A stretch of 64,000 bases of DNA, taken from positions 372,001 to 436,000 of the forward strand of contig CBFDEM010000016.1 of NCBI GenBank assembly GCA_965603825.1, in the 5' to 3' direction. This stretch comes from Blepharisma stoltei ATCC 30299. Lineage: Eukaryota; Protista; Ciliophora. A program made the position numbers and the translations under genes. Below are positions 1 to 12,087 of the stretch, one piece after another. The first letter of the stretch is position 1. Every line of letters starts with the position of its first letter. The notes beneath the pieces were generated by a model. The model worked only from the letters and a program-made list of their open reading frames with translations. It had not been told where the DNA came from and made no database searches.

Positions 1-3000
1 AAATCTTTAACCTTATCAGGGACTTCTCCAATTAAGTTCCATATTCTCTCACCCATCGTTTTAAAGCATTCTCCAATAGTGCCAACAGCTGAAGTTCTTA
101 CACTATTATCAGGACTATTCACAAACTTCGCAATAGCTCTTATGTCTCTAGGCTGCGCAATTACCGAGCCAAACTCTTGTATTAAGCTTGTTAATTCGTC
201 AAGACATTCCACTTTGCTTCGTGCATTTTTTGAGTTCAATCCTTGTAGTACAATTAAAAACACTTTTTCGGCAGGATAAATTTTGGTTGTGCTATGAATA
301 ATGTTCCTTATCATCTGTCTGAACACTGCATTATTATTTCCAGATTTTTCACACAAAATTGGCAAAAATAGCATGGCTTCTCCTTCATTTAGGGAATAGT
401 TGTCTTCTTGAAAAGTGTTAACAAGCTGGACGCAAAACTCAAACAGTGCTTTATAAATCTGTGGGTTATTGCCTTCTAGCAGTTTGAACCAGATAAACTT
501 GAAGACTAGGTCAATAACGTCTTGCATTTCTCTACGCTGAGAAGTTAGTAAGATTGATAAATCTTGGATGGATTCTATTTGCTTTTTGAAGTCAGCAGAA
601 AATAGCAAGTTGAACAAATCATTGGAAAAGGATGCTTTCATGTCTGCTCGCAGCTTATCCACGTAATCTTGACGAAGCTCTTCAATGCTCCATCTGTGCT
701 TAGCTTCATAATCTAGTCTTTTGTCTTTTCCGGGTCCAGGAATTATGGAGATGTCTTGAGAAGCTTGTTCTGAAGCTTTTGAGGCAGGTTTGGGGGTTTT
801 AAGAAGCTCTTTTTCGTTCTTTGGGGTGTCGCTGCCAACTTTGCTGGTATTTCTATTAGAGCCCTTGGAGTTTGATCTGGATCCTCCTGTGTTGGCTGTT
901 TGGGAACGACTTTGTCTGCTGCTTGCTGATAAAGTGTTTTCTCTTGGACTGTCCGCCTCACTTGCTTGGCTATTGCTACTGCCTTTATACTTATCAAAAA
1001 TAGTAGAAAGGGTATTCATAACAGCAGGCTTTATATCTTTTAATAAAGGCTGAAAAGTATCAAACCCAACCAAGTTTACAGTTTCTGCGAATAACAATTC
1101 TGCAGCATTTCTAATACTTGCGCTTCTATCCTGCAAGCAAGATAAAATACTTGGTGCCATAGATTTCATATCACACTTCGGAAAATTCTCTTTGTGAGCT
1201 AACAGCCAGCTAAGGAGTTCTGTACGAAGCTCAGGGTTTTCTTGCAGTAAAGGCTGGGCGCTTTGATTTATTACGCATTCAGGGCTTACTTCTTGCGACC
1301 ATTTATCAACTGCTGCTAATGCATCTGTTCTTAACAATGAATTTTTGTCTGATAAATTTGAAATTATTCCTGGAACTATTGACTTTGATATTGAATTCCC
1401 TTCTGAACCTAAAGCTTGTGCAAGCTTGCCCATAAGTCCAAGTGTTTGTCTGACAAGCGATTTATTTGGATCAGCAAGTCTAGCTTTCAAAGCTTTAATT
1501 AGTACTTCTAAGCCAGTTGGCAGGATCCTCATTCCACTTTGGTCTATTACTGCTTCTACTGCTTCTAGTCCTTCTTTTCTTACTTTCCAATTCGAATCCC
1601 CTAGCTTTTTCAGAATTGCTGCATTTATCTGTGAGCTTATATTTGTGCGTGGGAACTGTGCATCCATCATTTTATTTGGATCTAATTTAGACTCCTCTTC
1701 TCCTCTGATAGTTTTATAGTTAGCATTTTTAATGACCTCAGTTTTGGAAAATTCTTCTTGTAATGCTTTCAAAGTTTGCTCTTTTATGTCTGATATAAAT
1801 GGAAGAATCTTATCACCAATGTGGGAATATATAATTATAGTAAGGCTTTGAGCAGCTTTTTTAATAACCGCATTTGTTTGGGAAATCCCAGCTTTTGAAT
1901 AGTCAATGACTTCTTTCAGATTTACTGTGTGAATGCCATAATCATTAATGGCCTTACCAATTGTTGAGCAGCACTCAGAAACGACTTTAGGCTTGTTGCA
2001 ATCGCTAGTATTTTTAATGATGGATGAAACTACAAATCTTGGTCCAACACATTCACAAAAACTAAAAATGCAAGAATTATAAGATTCAATTAGTTTCATA
2101 TCAGAAAACTTATCAAGAGCTTGAGAATTAAGAGCCATCGAAGCTGCACGCTTCGTTAAGTTACAGTTTTGGGCTAAATATGAGAACAGGTCAAAAGCAG
2201 CTTTGTTGACATTGAAGTTATTTTCTTTCCAATCTTTTACAGTACTTTTTACAAAACGCATGATCGCTTCATTGTTTTCAGAAGCCACTGGCTGGTTATT
2301 GGTTATCCATTCTAAGAATTCTTGTAGGCCTGCTTGTTTTTCTTTCCAGTTACTGTTTTTAAGCTTTTCAAAAGTCTCACTTGGGATCAAAGGTGAAATA
2401 ACTGCTTCAGCGTCTTCTGGAGACATAGGGGCTCCAAGGTCTTCTTCAGGCTGTGCAGCTGATTCTTTATCTTTTTGTGGTGCAGGGCTTTTTGGTGGCA
2501 ATAACGGCTGCTTTTTACTATTTGCTGGTGGTTTAGACTGTTGTGGGGCTGAAGTCATACTTTTTCTCGATCTTCTCAGCTCTGGCTTTTCGTCTTTACT
2601 TTCTTCAACAGTAACAGTTCTCTCCACACTTTGTTCCCTTTTACTTGTGCCTGCATTACCGCCAGCTTCTTCAATTTTTTTCATCTTTGCAGATGGCAAA
2701 TCTTTTATGAGAGGATTTATAATGTCAGAGCATTTATTCAATAAGCATGCAAGCATCTTAAAGCAAGAGTTCCTTACATCAGCTGTGCTATCATCTGTGT
2801 TTTTCTTTAAAATTATAGCAATTACCTTTGCTACTTTAGCCACTTGCTCATCAGGCATTTCTGCAAAAACTCTTTCAAGTCATTGGCAAGTATTGATTTT
2901 TACTGATGGGGTTTTGTCTTCTAAGGCTTCTTTTATGTCGTCTATTACTTGTTCAATGTTTAAACTGTACATTAAATTATCAAGGGATGTATGGGTTTCT

Positions 3001-4295
3001 TGGATAACTAAGCTTTTCTTATCTTTGAATTTTTGTAAAAATATTGGCAAAAACTGCTTAGCATAGCTATCAAAATACTTTCTTTGGCCTTTAGCGAGCA
3101 ATCCAATCATTTTCATTGTTTGCATCATTACATTTACATTGGCATCATTTATGAGCCTTTTACCCATTGTTGTCAAGGCAATTGGACTTTTTTCTGCCAG
3201 TTTTGGATAATTTAGCTCTGCATTGAGCTCTTCTAAAGCAGCTTTCTTCTCTACCCATTTTTCCATTGCAAGTACTCCATCTGCCCATCTTTCGCCATAT
3301 TTATTGAAAATATCTTTGGCATCTGCCATGTCATAAATATCAATGGCTCCTCCTTTGCTTTTGCCACCAGCCTTAGTTTCTTCAGCTTTTGGCTGCTGTC
3401 CTACAATATATCTAGTGACAACAGGAGGTTCCGTTAATTCTTCAAATGATTTTTTTAGTTCATCTTGCTGTGCTTTTTTAAGCTTGTCCACACTAGGTAA
3501 AATTAAATCTCTGACCCATTTGTAGGCTTCCTTATAAAAATTTAAAGCTTCCCCTCTTACCTGGGGATTGCTGACGCCTGCAAACTTCTCCATGATCCCT
3601 ACAAACGGTTTAAACGAAAAAGCTTTAGCCCCATAGGCTCCCATAATCGAATTCGTACTTGAAACAGCAGCTGCTTGGATCTTTAAGTTCTTATTATTAA
3701 GCGCTGCAATGAGACCATTTATAAATGGTTCCTGAGTGGTTCTATGTATTCCGTAAAAATCCAGCAAAATATTTGCTGATTTTTGCTTAATATTAGCTTT
3801 TGTGTTCGCAATTCCTTTTTCGATAAGTGCTTTGGTAATCCCTTCACTCTGGGACAAAATCATATCAGGCTGCTTTTCAATATACACGCTGAGAACGTCA
3901 AGACCATTTTCTTGGGCTCCTGCATGTGAGTCTGAAATGAATTTGATGATAAGGTCTAAATAGGCTGCAAAAGGTGGATCTGGATCAGTTCTTAGTAATC
4001 CAGTCAATTCTTCAAGGGCCTTTACACGTGTTTTCCAAGCTTTTGATTCAATGCGCTTTTCTAAGGGTCCTGTTTCCTCAACTTCAGCTTCTTCGGGGGC
4101 TTCTTCAGGTGGCAGATTATATGCTCCGGCGCTGCCTATTGGCTTCTCATCAAGCTGTGAACCAACCGGCATTTCATCCCCAGGAAGGTTGTAAGCGCCT
4201 CTCGCATTCAATGGCCTTTCACCTGGAAATGAGGCTTCTTGAGGAACTGAATATTCGTTGCTTCCTGATAAAGGGATTTCATCCTGTTCTTGCAT
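1..4295 (-). CDS. CKAP5: XMAP215/ch-TOG (CKAP5) microtubule polymerase, multiple TOG domains; 3' end lies outside the window
   Basis: TOG motifs SKAWKTRVKALEEL, EKWVEKKAALEEL and HEAT repeats. The track ORF 2880..4295 ends at TGA, but the frame continues (INTCQ-W-LERVFAEMP...DDSTADVRN) and is still in frame at position 1 (TMGERIWNLIGEVPDKVKD). Confidence 0.9.
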
Positions 4296-4600
4296 TTTTA
4301 AATATAATTTGAGCTTTATATGTAAGAAAAGATGAAATTCGAGGTGGGGAAAGAAATTTTGACTTTTTAGCTTAGGAAATTAAAAAGATAGATTATAAAT
4401 GGAAAGAAATTCGTGTTGTTGAGAGGACAGGCTAGATAAAAGAAGAATATCGATTTTAAAATTTAGCTGATATATTTCTCTATCTAGTTAATGAAATAAA
4501 AATAAATTTTAAAAATTTAAACTAATTGATTTCCCACTCTCTTACAAACTCACATTTATCTTTAAAGGCTTTGGCTTTTTCTTAATTGCGCATTTATATA

Positions 4601-5314
4601 ATGAATAATCATGACATGATTTGGAAAGTGCAAACCTACATCAACATCACTCACTTTTGAGTTATGGCGATAAATGCAGTTGCTTGCACTTACTATCTCT
4701 GCCGAAATCCTTCAAGATATTTCAACTTACGGAAGCCTACTCACGTGCAAGATCCAGTCCCATGATTTCTTTTTCTTGGAATAGCTGTGCTCCCTCTCTA
4801 TTACGCATGTGAAACAATTACTACAAGCTTCCTTTGTGCTTTTGTTATGAGAAGTGCATGCATGTACACAAACCATCATGTTTTGACTGTTAATTTATTT
4901 CTAGTCTTATTCCACTATAAATTTTATAATGGGCCCTTATTGCTGACTATAGGAACACATGGACTTATGAATGTAGGATACTACTATAACAAATTTTTAC
5001 AAATTTTTATGTGTAAATGATATATGATTACTTCATTATTAGATTTAATTTATTTATCTTTTACAATTTATCTGTTCTGGAGCAACAAAAAAATAAGATG
5101 AATGGGTGCTCAAATTCTTACCTTTTTGATGCTAATTATTTTAAATAATACGTTAACTCCAGAATTGGTAGCTCTCTGCAAAAAAAATGAAGATGAAGAA
5201 GATATTGAGTCAAACACAGACTGACTTGAATATTCATTAAACATATCACTAGCAGCTTTAATAGTTTTTCTCAGCTGAAGGTTCACTAAAAAAGAGGAAA
5301 ATAGTAATGATTAA
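4601..5314 (+). CDS. Hypothetical multi-pass membrane protein, 237 aa
   Basis: ATG 4601 to TAA 5312-5314, open except for 6 in-frame TGA (read as Trp). Several hydrophobic segments (ITHFWVMAINAVAC, WFLFLGIAVLPLYY, SLLDLIYLSFTIYLFW, LNISLAALIVFLSW). Confidence 0.7.
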
Positions 5315-5321
5315 ATAATAA

Positions 5322-6749
5322 ATGGATAACCTCTTGAAATTAATTACAGAGGAACTCTATGGCACAATACCATCACAAATTGTCTTTCTTTTAGCATCAA
5401 GAAATCAAATGCAGCTAAAGCAGATTCAAGTAGCAACAGGACTTAACCTTTCTGACATAAAAAATGCCTTGATTTTACTTATTCAGCAAAACATCATCTA
5501 TAAGGAAAACTCTGAAAAACCCAAAAAATCCCATTCAACCTCTAACACTGCCACAAATGGAATAAAAAATTTAGCATCTTCACTTCAGGAAAAAACAGAC
5601 AAAAAAACAGCCCAAATTTCGACTTACTCTATTCATCCTGAAGAAATTTTAAGCAGGGTCAGATTTCCCAGATTTATTAAGCTGATGAATCAAAAATTCA
5701 ATGAAAATGGGATTATTGAAGAAATTTTGGAAAATGGCTGCATGACTGTAGCGCAGATGATAGAAGTTTCACCAGTTTATAAGAGAAAAGCTGATAACAA
5801 CCATTTGACAAATTTGATAAATTCTTTGATAGAGAGTGAGTACTTAATTCCTGTGGATCCTAATTTTGAGCTTGGGGAAAATATCGAAGTCAAAAAAGAG
5901 AAGAAAAACCTTGGAAAGCCGAGGAAAAGAGTGAAAATTGATCCAGAAATTAAAAACGAGCCACAAATCTCCAGTGCAATTCCTAGCAGCAGCAGCAATA
6001 ATAGTGTGCATTATAGACTTAACTTTCAGAAGCTGAACAGAGAAATCATTAGTGAAATGATTGGAAATTTAGCAAACTTTAAAGTGAATATAGAAGCATC
6101 AGTGATAGCAGAAACTCTTTATAAACTTGGGCCGCATAGGCAATTTTCTATCAATGAAATTATAGAAAATCTTCCACCGAAGCCAAAAATAAATAAAAAC
6201 AACGTCGACACCTTATTAGAACAATTAGAAAGAGCAAAACTCGTTACACTAAGTTCACAAACAACTTACTCTCTAGATCTTCCGTCAATTCGTTCAATCC
6301 TCCAAAATTCCACAATAGAAAAAATTATTAAAGGCCGCTTTGGCGATTATCATTCCCGTATTTTCCGTGTTCTTATTGCCAAGGGCTTGCTTGATGAAAA
6401 AACCATTTCAGAGCTAACTTTACTTCCTCCTCAAGAAGCTCGCATTTGTATAAACGACCTATTTACTTCAGGATTTTTGCATTTAGTGCAGCTACCTACC
6501 TTAATGGTTTATGGAATTAAGCCAGAACAAATTAAGGAGGAATTAACAAACCAATTATATATTTCAATGCAAAATCTTAAGCTTAGGCTCCACAGTGAAA
6601 TGGAAGAAGCTTGGAATTTGGTTCAAAGGGTAGGATCACTGACTAATGAGGAGAAATCACAATTAGAAAGGTATAAGCAGACAGAAGCTAGAATAGAGAG
6701 CGCACTGCTAGATATTGATAGAAGTCTTTTAATTTTTAAAGAAATTTAA
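5322..6749 (+). CDS. POLR3C: RNA polymerase III subunit RPC3 (C82/RPC62)
   Basis: N-terminal HTH (IKNALILLIQQNII), ILSRVRFPRF, RFGDYHSRIFRVLIAKGLLDEK winged helix, C-terminal coiled coil. Confidence 0.8.
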   Translation: MDNLLKLITEELYGTIPSQIVFLLASRNQMQLKQIQVATGLNLSDIKNALILLIQQNIIYKENSEKPKKSHSTSNTATNGIKNLASSLQEKTDKKTAQISTYSIHPEEILSRVRFPRFIKLMNQKFNENGIIEEILENGCMTVAQMIEVSPVYKRKADNNHLTNLINSLIESEYLIPVDPNFELGENIEVKKEKKNLGKPRKRVKIDPEIKNEPQISSAIPSSSSNNSVHYRLNFQKLNREIISEMIGNLANFKVNIEASVIAETLYKLGPHRQFSINEIIENLPPKPKINKNNVDTLLEQLERAKLVTLSSQTTYSLDLPSIRSILQNSTIEKIIKGRFGDYHSRIFRVLIAKGLLDEKTISELTLLPPQEARICINDLFTSGFLHLVQLPTLMVYGIKPEQIKEELTNQLYISMQNLKLRLHSEMEEAWNLVQRVGSLTNEEKSQLERYKQTEARIESALLDIDRSLLIFKEI

Positions 6750-6820
6750 AGAGCGATATAATAGGTTTAGAAAAATATTATTATATAAAAATTAGGCATT
6801 ATGACAAATAAGTTGAAAAA

Positions 6821-9097
6821 ATGGCTGAATCTTCATGCTCAGCCAGATGAGGATTAAAAAGAAAAATTACATTGGGGATTTCAGTTGCAGCTTTATTTTT
6901 GTATGCAGCAATTACTATTTGGCTTGCTTTTGAAACTAATATTGGTGATAAATTTTTGCCTTCAGATAAAGAATTTATATATAATAACCAAATTTTTACT
7001 CCATCAAAAGATTCAGAGGAAAGTAATCAAAATGATAATGATCATGCAGAACAAAATAGCAAAGCTAACATCTCTAATTCTCATTGAGAGTATTATAGCC
7101 TGCTATCATCCAGTCTCGTTGAATTCAAAGATTATGATATAAGTGCAGAATCTTCACAAAGATTCCAAAAAATCCCTTCACAAATTCCAAATATTTCTTG
7201 TTTTCCTCTAAAACTTGGATACTCAGATAGCCAGGCAGACGAATTATTTAATCCATGAAAATCATTTGATAGTTGCAGTGACGAAAAAAATCAATTTTTA
7301 TTTTTCAATTCATCAAATAAGTAATTTTCAAGCAGCAAACTTGAAATGAATTGCACAGAAAACCCTCAATATGCACTAGGGAGCTTAATTGAAACTGAAT
7401 CATTTGGATCTTTATTAATCCAAATAAAATGAAATAACTATACAAGCCCAGTTGATATTGGTCAAAGGGAATTTGCATATGGGAAATGTGGGCGCCAAAT
7501 TCAAACGTTTTTAGTTAACAAATTCAACAAAAAAGTCGCAGATGAAGCGAAAGAAAAATCAAGAGAAATCAATCAATTTTTAGCTAGAAGAAAACCGCAT
7601 AGGCCTCTTACTGTTTTTTACATATTGATTGACTCTTTATCTCGTCTTCATTTATATAGAAATCTACCTTTATTTATTGATTTTTTAAACTCAAATATCG
7701 TAACTGGTAAATATTCAATGGACTTTTTAGCTTATGACTTCTTAATAAATAGTGCACAAGGAGAAAACACATATCCCAATATGATTCCTGTTCTATATGG
7801 CCATAACTCATCTTTTCATGATGATTTAATCGGCGGAAAAGGTTTCAGTTTTAGGCGAAAAGCTGATGATTGGATCTTTCAAGGAATCCAACAAAATTCT
7901 CTGTGACATTTCTATAAAGAAAATGGCTTTGTCACAATGATGGGTTATGACACAATATATGATTTTCTCGCTAAAGGACTTGGAAAAAAAATTCAAACAG
8001 ATCACCAAGCTTTCAATTTTTGGTCAGGAGCAGCCTATACATATGGCTATAAAGATTTCTTAGAGCTCCAGCAGTGCTTGGGTCTTCACAACTCTCATTA
8101 CTATATGCTTGATTATACTTGGCAATATCTCAATAATTATTCAAAAATCAATAAATTTGCATATATTCATCTTTCAACAGCTCACGAAGAGAGTGGAACT
8201 GTTATAAGAACACTAGATGATGATTTAGTAGAATACATGGAAAAATTGGTCAAATATTTCTATGATAATCCAGATGAAGATATGATGATTTTTGTTGGCT
8301 CAGATCATGGAAAGCATACGAAAGAGTGGGATAGAAGTTATGAAGGGTATATTGAAAATAAGCTTCCTTCTCAGTTTGTTATTACTAATAGAAAATTTAT
8401 TTCAAGGATAGATGCAGCTCGCAATTTAAAAGAAAACTCGTTGAGAATGGTTGGAAAATTTGACTGAAACTTGACTTTAAAACAATTAGCTGTGTCTCCA
8501 TATGGAAAATTAGACCCAAAAAGCATTCTTTATAATCAGTGGAAAAAGGACTTCTTTGTAAAAGATTCAATAAGCCTACTATTAGAGAGTGCAAGCCAAG
8601 ATAGGACTTGCAGTGATCTTGGAATTGAAAATTATTTATGCACCTGCATAAGATGAGTTGATATTGCCTATAAGCAGCAATATAAGCCAGTAACTGTTTT
8701 GGCTGATCTAGCAATAAAATCAATAAATAATCAAATAAAAGAGTCGCATGCTTCCTGCCAATTGGTTCATTTAGATAATATTCTAACTGCAAAAGAGCAT
8801 CAAATAAGAGGTGAAGAATTTCAAAATAGAAACATAACTATTACCATTTCTATCAAAGAAAGCCAAAAGGCACTGTATGAAGTGAATGGATTCGCAGCAG
8901 AAGCGACAAAAGAATTCAGAAGGCTTGAGCTTGATGACCCTTATGGTTTCAACCCCAGTGAAAGATTCACTCAAAGATTCCCCAAGGGCTTATTAATTTC
9001 AATGAAAGCTCAGCTGCATTCAATTAAAAGACTTGATATCTACTCACACAATTGCACCAAGCCTGAATCATTAGCTGCTCCATATTGTTTCTGCTAA
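6821..9097 (+). CDS. DUF229 / alkaline phosphatase-sulfatase superfamily type II membrane protein, about 753 aa, one 15-nt intron (7321-7335)
   Basis: Five track ORFs in one frame joined by TGA=Trp. N-terminal TM (ITLGISVAALFLYAAITIWLAF). Motifs IDSLSRLHLYRNLP, ENTYPNMIP, TAHEE, LDDDL, GSDHG typical of DUF229. Confidence 0.75.
7321..7335 (+). other. 15-nt spliceosomal intron GTAATTTTCAAGCAG
   Basis: GT-AG, A at position 10; splicing removes an in-frame TAA and restores the DUF229 frame. Confidence 0.75.
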
Positions 9098-9150
9098 TAC
9101 TGCATCCTTAATTCGAAAGCCTAAATTCCATAATAAACATTTATTTATTA

Positions 9151-10728
9151 CTATTCATCTTCATCCTCTCTTCTTCTGTAGCTCGACACTCTTTTCTTTG
9201 TGCTACTTTCTTGGCCAATTTGTGTATCTTCTTCCTCATTTAATGAAAGTCTAGATCTGGTCCGTCTTGGCTTTCTTTCCTCGAATTCGTCCTCATCAAA
9301 GTTGGCCCTTGAAATTTTTGGCTTCCTGGTTTCTTCCTCCTCTCCCTCTCCCTCTTCATCAAGCTGAGGCTTGGCTGCTCTTCGTTTTATGGGTTCTTCG
9401 GAAAACCTGCTCCTTGATGATTTTCTTCCAGAATCTTCGTCACTGAAATCAGCGCTTCTTGATCTTTTTAAATTGCTGCTGCTTGTTGAACTTCTTGAGA
9501 ATGATGATGGTGATGATCCTCCTGCGTAATCTTTTAGTTCTGGAGGAACCGGCTGGCCAGCTGTCTGAAGTATTTTAATAAGTTCTTTAGCTATTTTTGG
9601 ATTTTCGATTGAGTAAAAAGTCAAGGCTTTACCTTTAGCTCCAGCCCTACCAGTTCTACCAATTCTGTGTACATAACTGACTGTTTCTCTAGGCATCGAA
9701 TAATTGATGACAAGCTTGATATCTTTAACATCCAATCCTCTGGAAGCTACATCTGTCGCAACCACAATATCGATTTCACCTTTTTTATAGCTTTTCATGA
9801 CAAGATCTCTGTCATATTGCTCTTTATCTCCATGAAGCTCCTCTGCTTTAATACTTCTGTGCTTTAACTTGTCAGCAACCCTTTGGCACTCCATCTTGGT
9901 GTCACAGAAAATCAAAATTTTTTCGTTTTTGTGATGATGGCAGACTTCAAGCAGCTTTGAAAATTTTTCAGATTCAGAGTGAATAAACTCGAATGTTTGC
10001 TCTATATCAGGGTTTGCGGTTAAATCTTCAGAGCCAATTCTTATTTCTTCAGGGGTGCTGAGAAAGTCTCTTGCTAGCCCTATGATTTCTTTAGGCCAGG
10101 TAGCAGTGAACATCAAGGTTTGGTGGTCAGCTCTGATTGTTTTTAATATTTCGCGGATTTGTGGCTCAAAGCCCATATCAAGCATACGGTCAGCTTCGTC
10201 AAGGACTAAATAGCTGACGTTCTTTACAGTAGTCTCTTTGGAATCGATAAAATCAATTAATCGGCCTGGTGTAGCGATGATTGTTTCTGGGTTTAGGCGG
10301 AGTTTGCGAGCTTGAAGCCACTTATTCGCACCACCATAAACACAGACTGATGTTGTTTGGCTTTTTTGCTCGAAAAGCTCGCATTCAGCACCGATTTGGC
10401 AAGCCAGTTCACGAGTTGGGGAGAGGACGAGAACTCGAGGGCCATCTCCACGCTGAACTGGTGGCTTGGACTTGATGTGTAGCAATGAAGGAACCAAAAA
10501 GCCCATTGTTTTGCCTGACCCGGTCTTCGCAATACCTACAAGATCTTTTCCTTTCATGATAATTGGCCATGTCATAGCTTGAATCGGGGTAGGCTCCGTG
10601 TAGCCAGCTTCCTTAAATACATCCAATATATATTTGGGAAGATTGAACTGCTCAAAGCTACTTGCTGTTTTGATGGTGGATTCTGGGATAGCGCTGAAAT
10701 AGCGTGCCAGCCGCATAATTTTCAGCAT
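9151..10728 (-). CDS. DEAD-box RNA helicase (Dbp2/DDX5-like core), possible mitochondrial presequence
   Basis: Q motif GYTEPTPIQ, AKTGSGKT, PTRELA, TPGRL, LDEADRMLDMGF, TAT, HRIGRTGRAG. N-terminus MLKIMRLARYFS; Arg/Ser/acidic tail. Confidence 0.9.
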   Translation of the reverse strand: MLKIMRLARYFSAIPESTIKTASSFEQFNLPKYILDVFKEAGYTEPTPIQAMTWPIIMKGKDLVGIAKTGSGKTMGFLVPSLLHIKSKPPVQRGDGPRVLVLSPTRELACQIGAECELFEQKSQTTSVCVYGGANKWLQARKLRLNPETIIATPGRLIDFIDSKETTVKNVSYLVLDEADRMLDMGFEPQIREILKTIRADHQTLMFTATWPKEIIGLARDFLSTPEEIRIGSEDLTANPDIEQTFEFIHSESEKFSKLLEVCHHHKNEKILIFCDTKMECQRVADKLKHRSIKAEELHGDKEQYDRDLVMKSYKKGEIDIVVATDVASRGLDVKDIKLVINYSMPRETVSYVHRIGRTGRAGAKGKALTFYSIENPKIAKELIKILQTAGQPVPPELKDYAGGSSPSSFSRSSTSSSNLKRSRSADFSDEDSGRKSSRSRFSEEPIKRRAAKPQLDEEGEGEEEETRKPKISRANFDEDEFEERKPRRTRSRLSLNEEEDTQIGQESSTKKRVSSYRRREDEDE

Positions 10729-10894
10729 TTTATTAATAAAATTTCAAGTGTTTAATGATCAATTTATGAATAAATGAAGTTACAAGTAAAAGACCATCAG
10801 TAAAATTTTGCAAATTAATTTAGAAGGAGCATTCAGCCATTTTTTAATCTTCAGCGCTTCAGCAATAAATTTATTTTTCCTTATAATTTAACTA

Positions 10895-11440
10895 ATGATA
10901 CCACAGCATAACCCTCTTGAAAAGCGATACTCATATTGGTTCACTGCTTCTGATTCAACTAAAACAGTTACAGACTATGGAGATTCTATCAAAATGATAG
11001 GCAGTTTTGGCACGATTGAAGAGTTTTGGCAATATTACTCTCATCTCAAAAAACCTGATGATGTCCCGCTGAATACCGAATATCACGTATTTCAAGAAGG
11101 AATCAAGCCTATGTGGGAAGATGAAGCCAACAAAAAAGGAGCAAGGTGGATCTTAAGAATTAAAAAAGGTGCGGCTTCACTATTTTGGGAAGAACTTCTA
11201 ATTACTATGATTGGAGAACAGTTTGATGTTGCTGACGAAATCTGTGGAGTAGCTGTGTCCATCAGAGCTAACGAAGACATCTTTTCTATCTGGATACGAA
11301 GCGGACAAGATCTCTCAGTCAAAAATTCAGTCAAAGAAACTCTGAAGAGAATTTGGAAGCTAAATGACAACGTCTTCTTGGAATACAAAGAGCACCCGAC
11401 TGCACAAAGAACTCACCCAAGATATAAGCATAATTATTAA
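10895..11440 (+). CDS. eIF4E-family cap-binding protein, class II (4EHP/nCBP-like)
   Basis: HNPLEKRYSYWF, GSFGTIEEFW, FQEGIKPMWED; the W43 and W56 equivalents are Tyr (RYSYW; TDYGDSI), as in class II. Confidence 0.85.
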   Translation: MIPQHNPLEKRYSYWFTASDSTKTVTDYGDSIKMIGSFGTIEEFWQYYSHLKKPDDVPLNTEYHVFQEGIKPMWEDEANKKGARWILRIKKGAASLFWEELLITMIGEQFDVADEICGVAVSIRANEDIFSIWIRSGQDLSVKNSVKETLKRIWKLNDNVFLEYKEHPTAQRTHPRYKHNY

Positions 11441-11443
11441 ATA

Positions 11444-12064
11444 ATGAAGCTTTTTGGATTAGGCTCTTTAGCATATTGTTATTACGCACATCATAAGGAA
11501 ACCAAAGCAACCCTAATTGCGATCCAATTTTCAAATCAGACAAGAGGAACAGCTTTTGCAATCTCAAGCAGCGGACTTGCATTGACAACTTCGCACTGTT
11601 TGAAAGACTATGAAGCAACCACAACTGAAGGGGAATTCATACAAGTAATTGATTATGAAAAAGAAAATGACTTAGCTTTACTGCAGCTCCCAAGACATCA
11701 CACTTATAATTATATTAAATTAGGAGACAGCTCAGAGCTGAAGTCTGGAGAAGAGATTTTTCATTATGGGCTTGTTATTAATTCATTATTAGGCTGCAAA
11801 GGATACTATCAAGGCTCTGATGGAGTGAGTTTATTTGCAAACGTAGAAATGATGCACGGGCAAAGTGGTGGACCGCTCGTCAACACAAAAGGAGAAGTCG
11901 TTGGGGTCAATCGTGGACATATCTATTGCAGCCCAGAGAGAATTAAGCTGAATCCTGCTCATGGTGGCCCATCACGATATATCCCCATCAATACAGCTAA
12001 AGAGTTTCTACAGAAAAACTGTACTGAGACTGACAAAGGCTGGGTAATGAAATCTAAAACATAA
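11444..12064 (+). CDS. Trypsin-like (HtrA/DegP-type Trypsin_2) serine protease without PDZ
   Basis: Catalytic triad contexts LTTSHC, NDLALL, GQSGGPLVN..GEVVGVN. Confidence 0.85.
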   Translation: MKLFGLGSLAYCYYAHHKETKATLIAIQFSNQTRGTAFAISSSGLALTTSHCLKDYEATTTEGEFIQVIDYEKENDLALLQLPRHHTYNYIKLGDSSELKSGEEIFHYGLVINSLLGCKGYYQGSDGVSLFANVEMMHGQSGGPLVNTKGEVVGVNRGHIYCSPERIKLNPAHGGPSRYIPINTAKEFLQKNCTETDKGWVMKSKT

Positions 12065-12087
12065 TAAAACCATTTGAATTCTTAAAA

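Noticed and set aside
2203-3066. 287-aa plus-strand ORF, and many other short track ORFs
   Set aside because: Antisense or off-frame shadows of well-supported genes such as CKAP5; no recognisable motifs.
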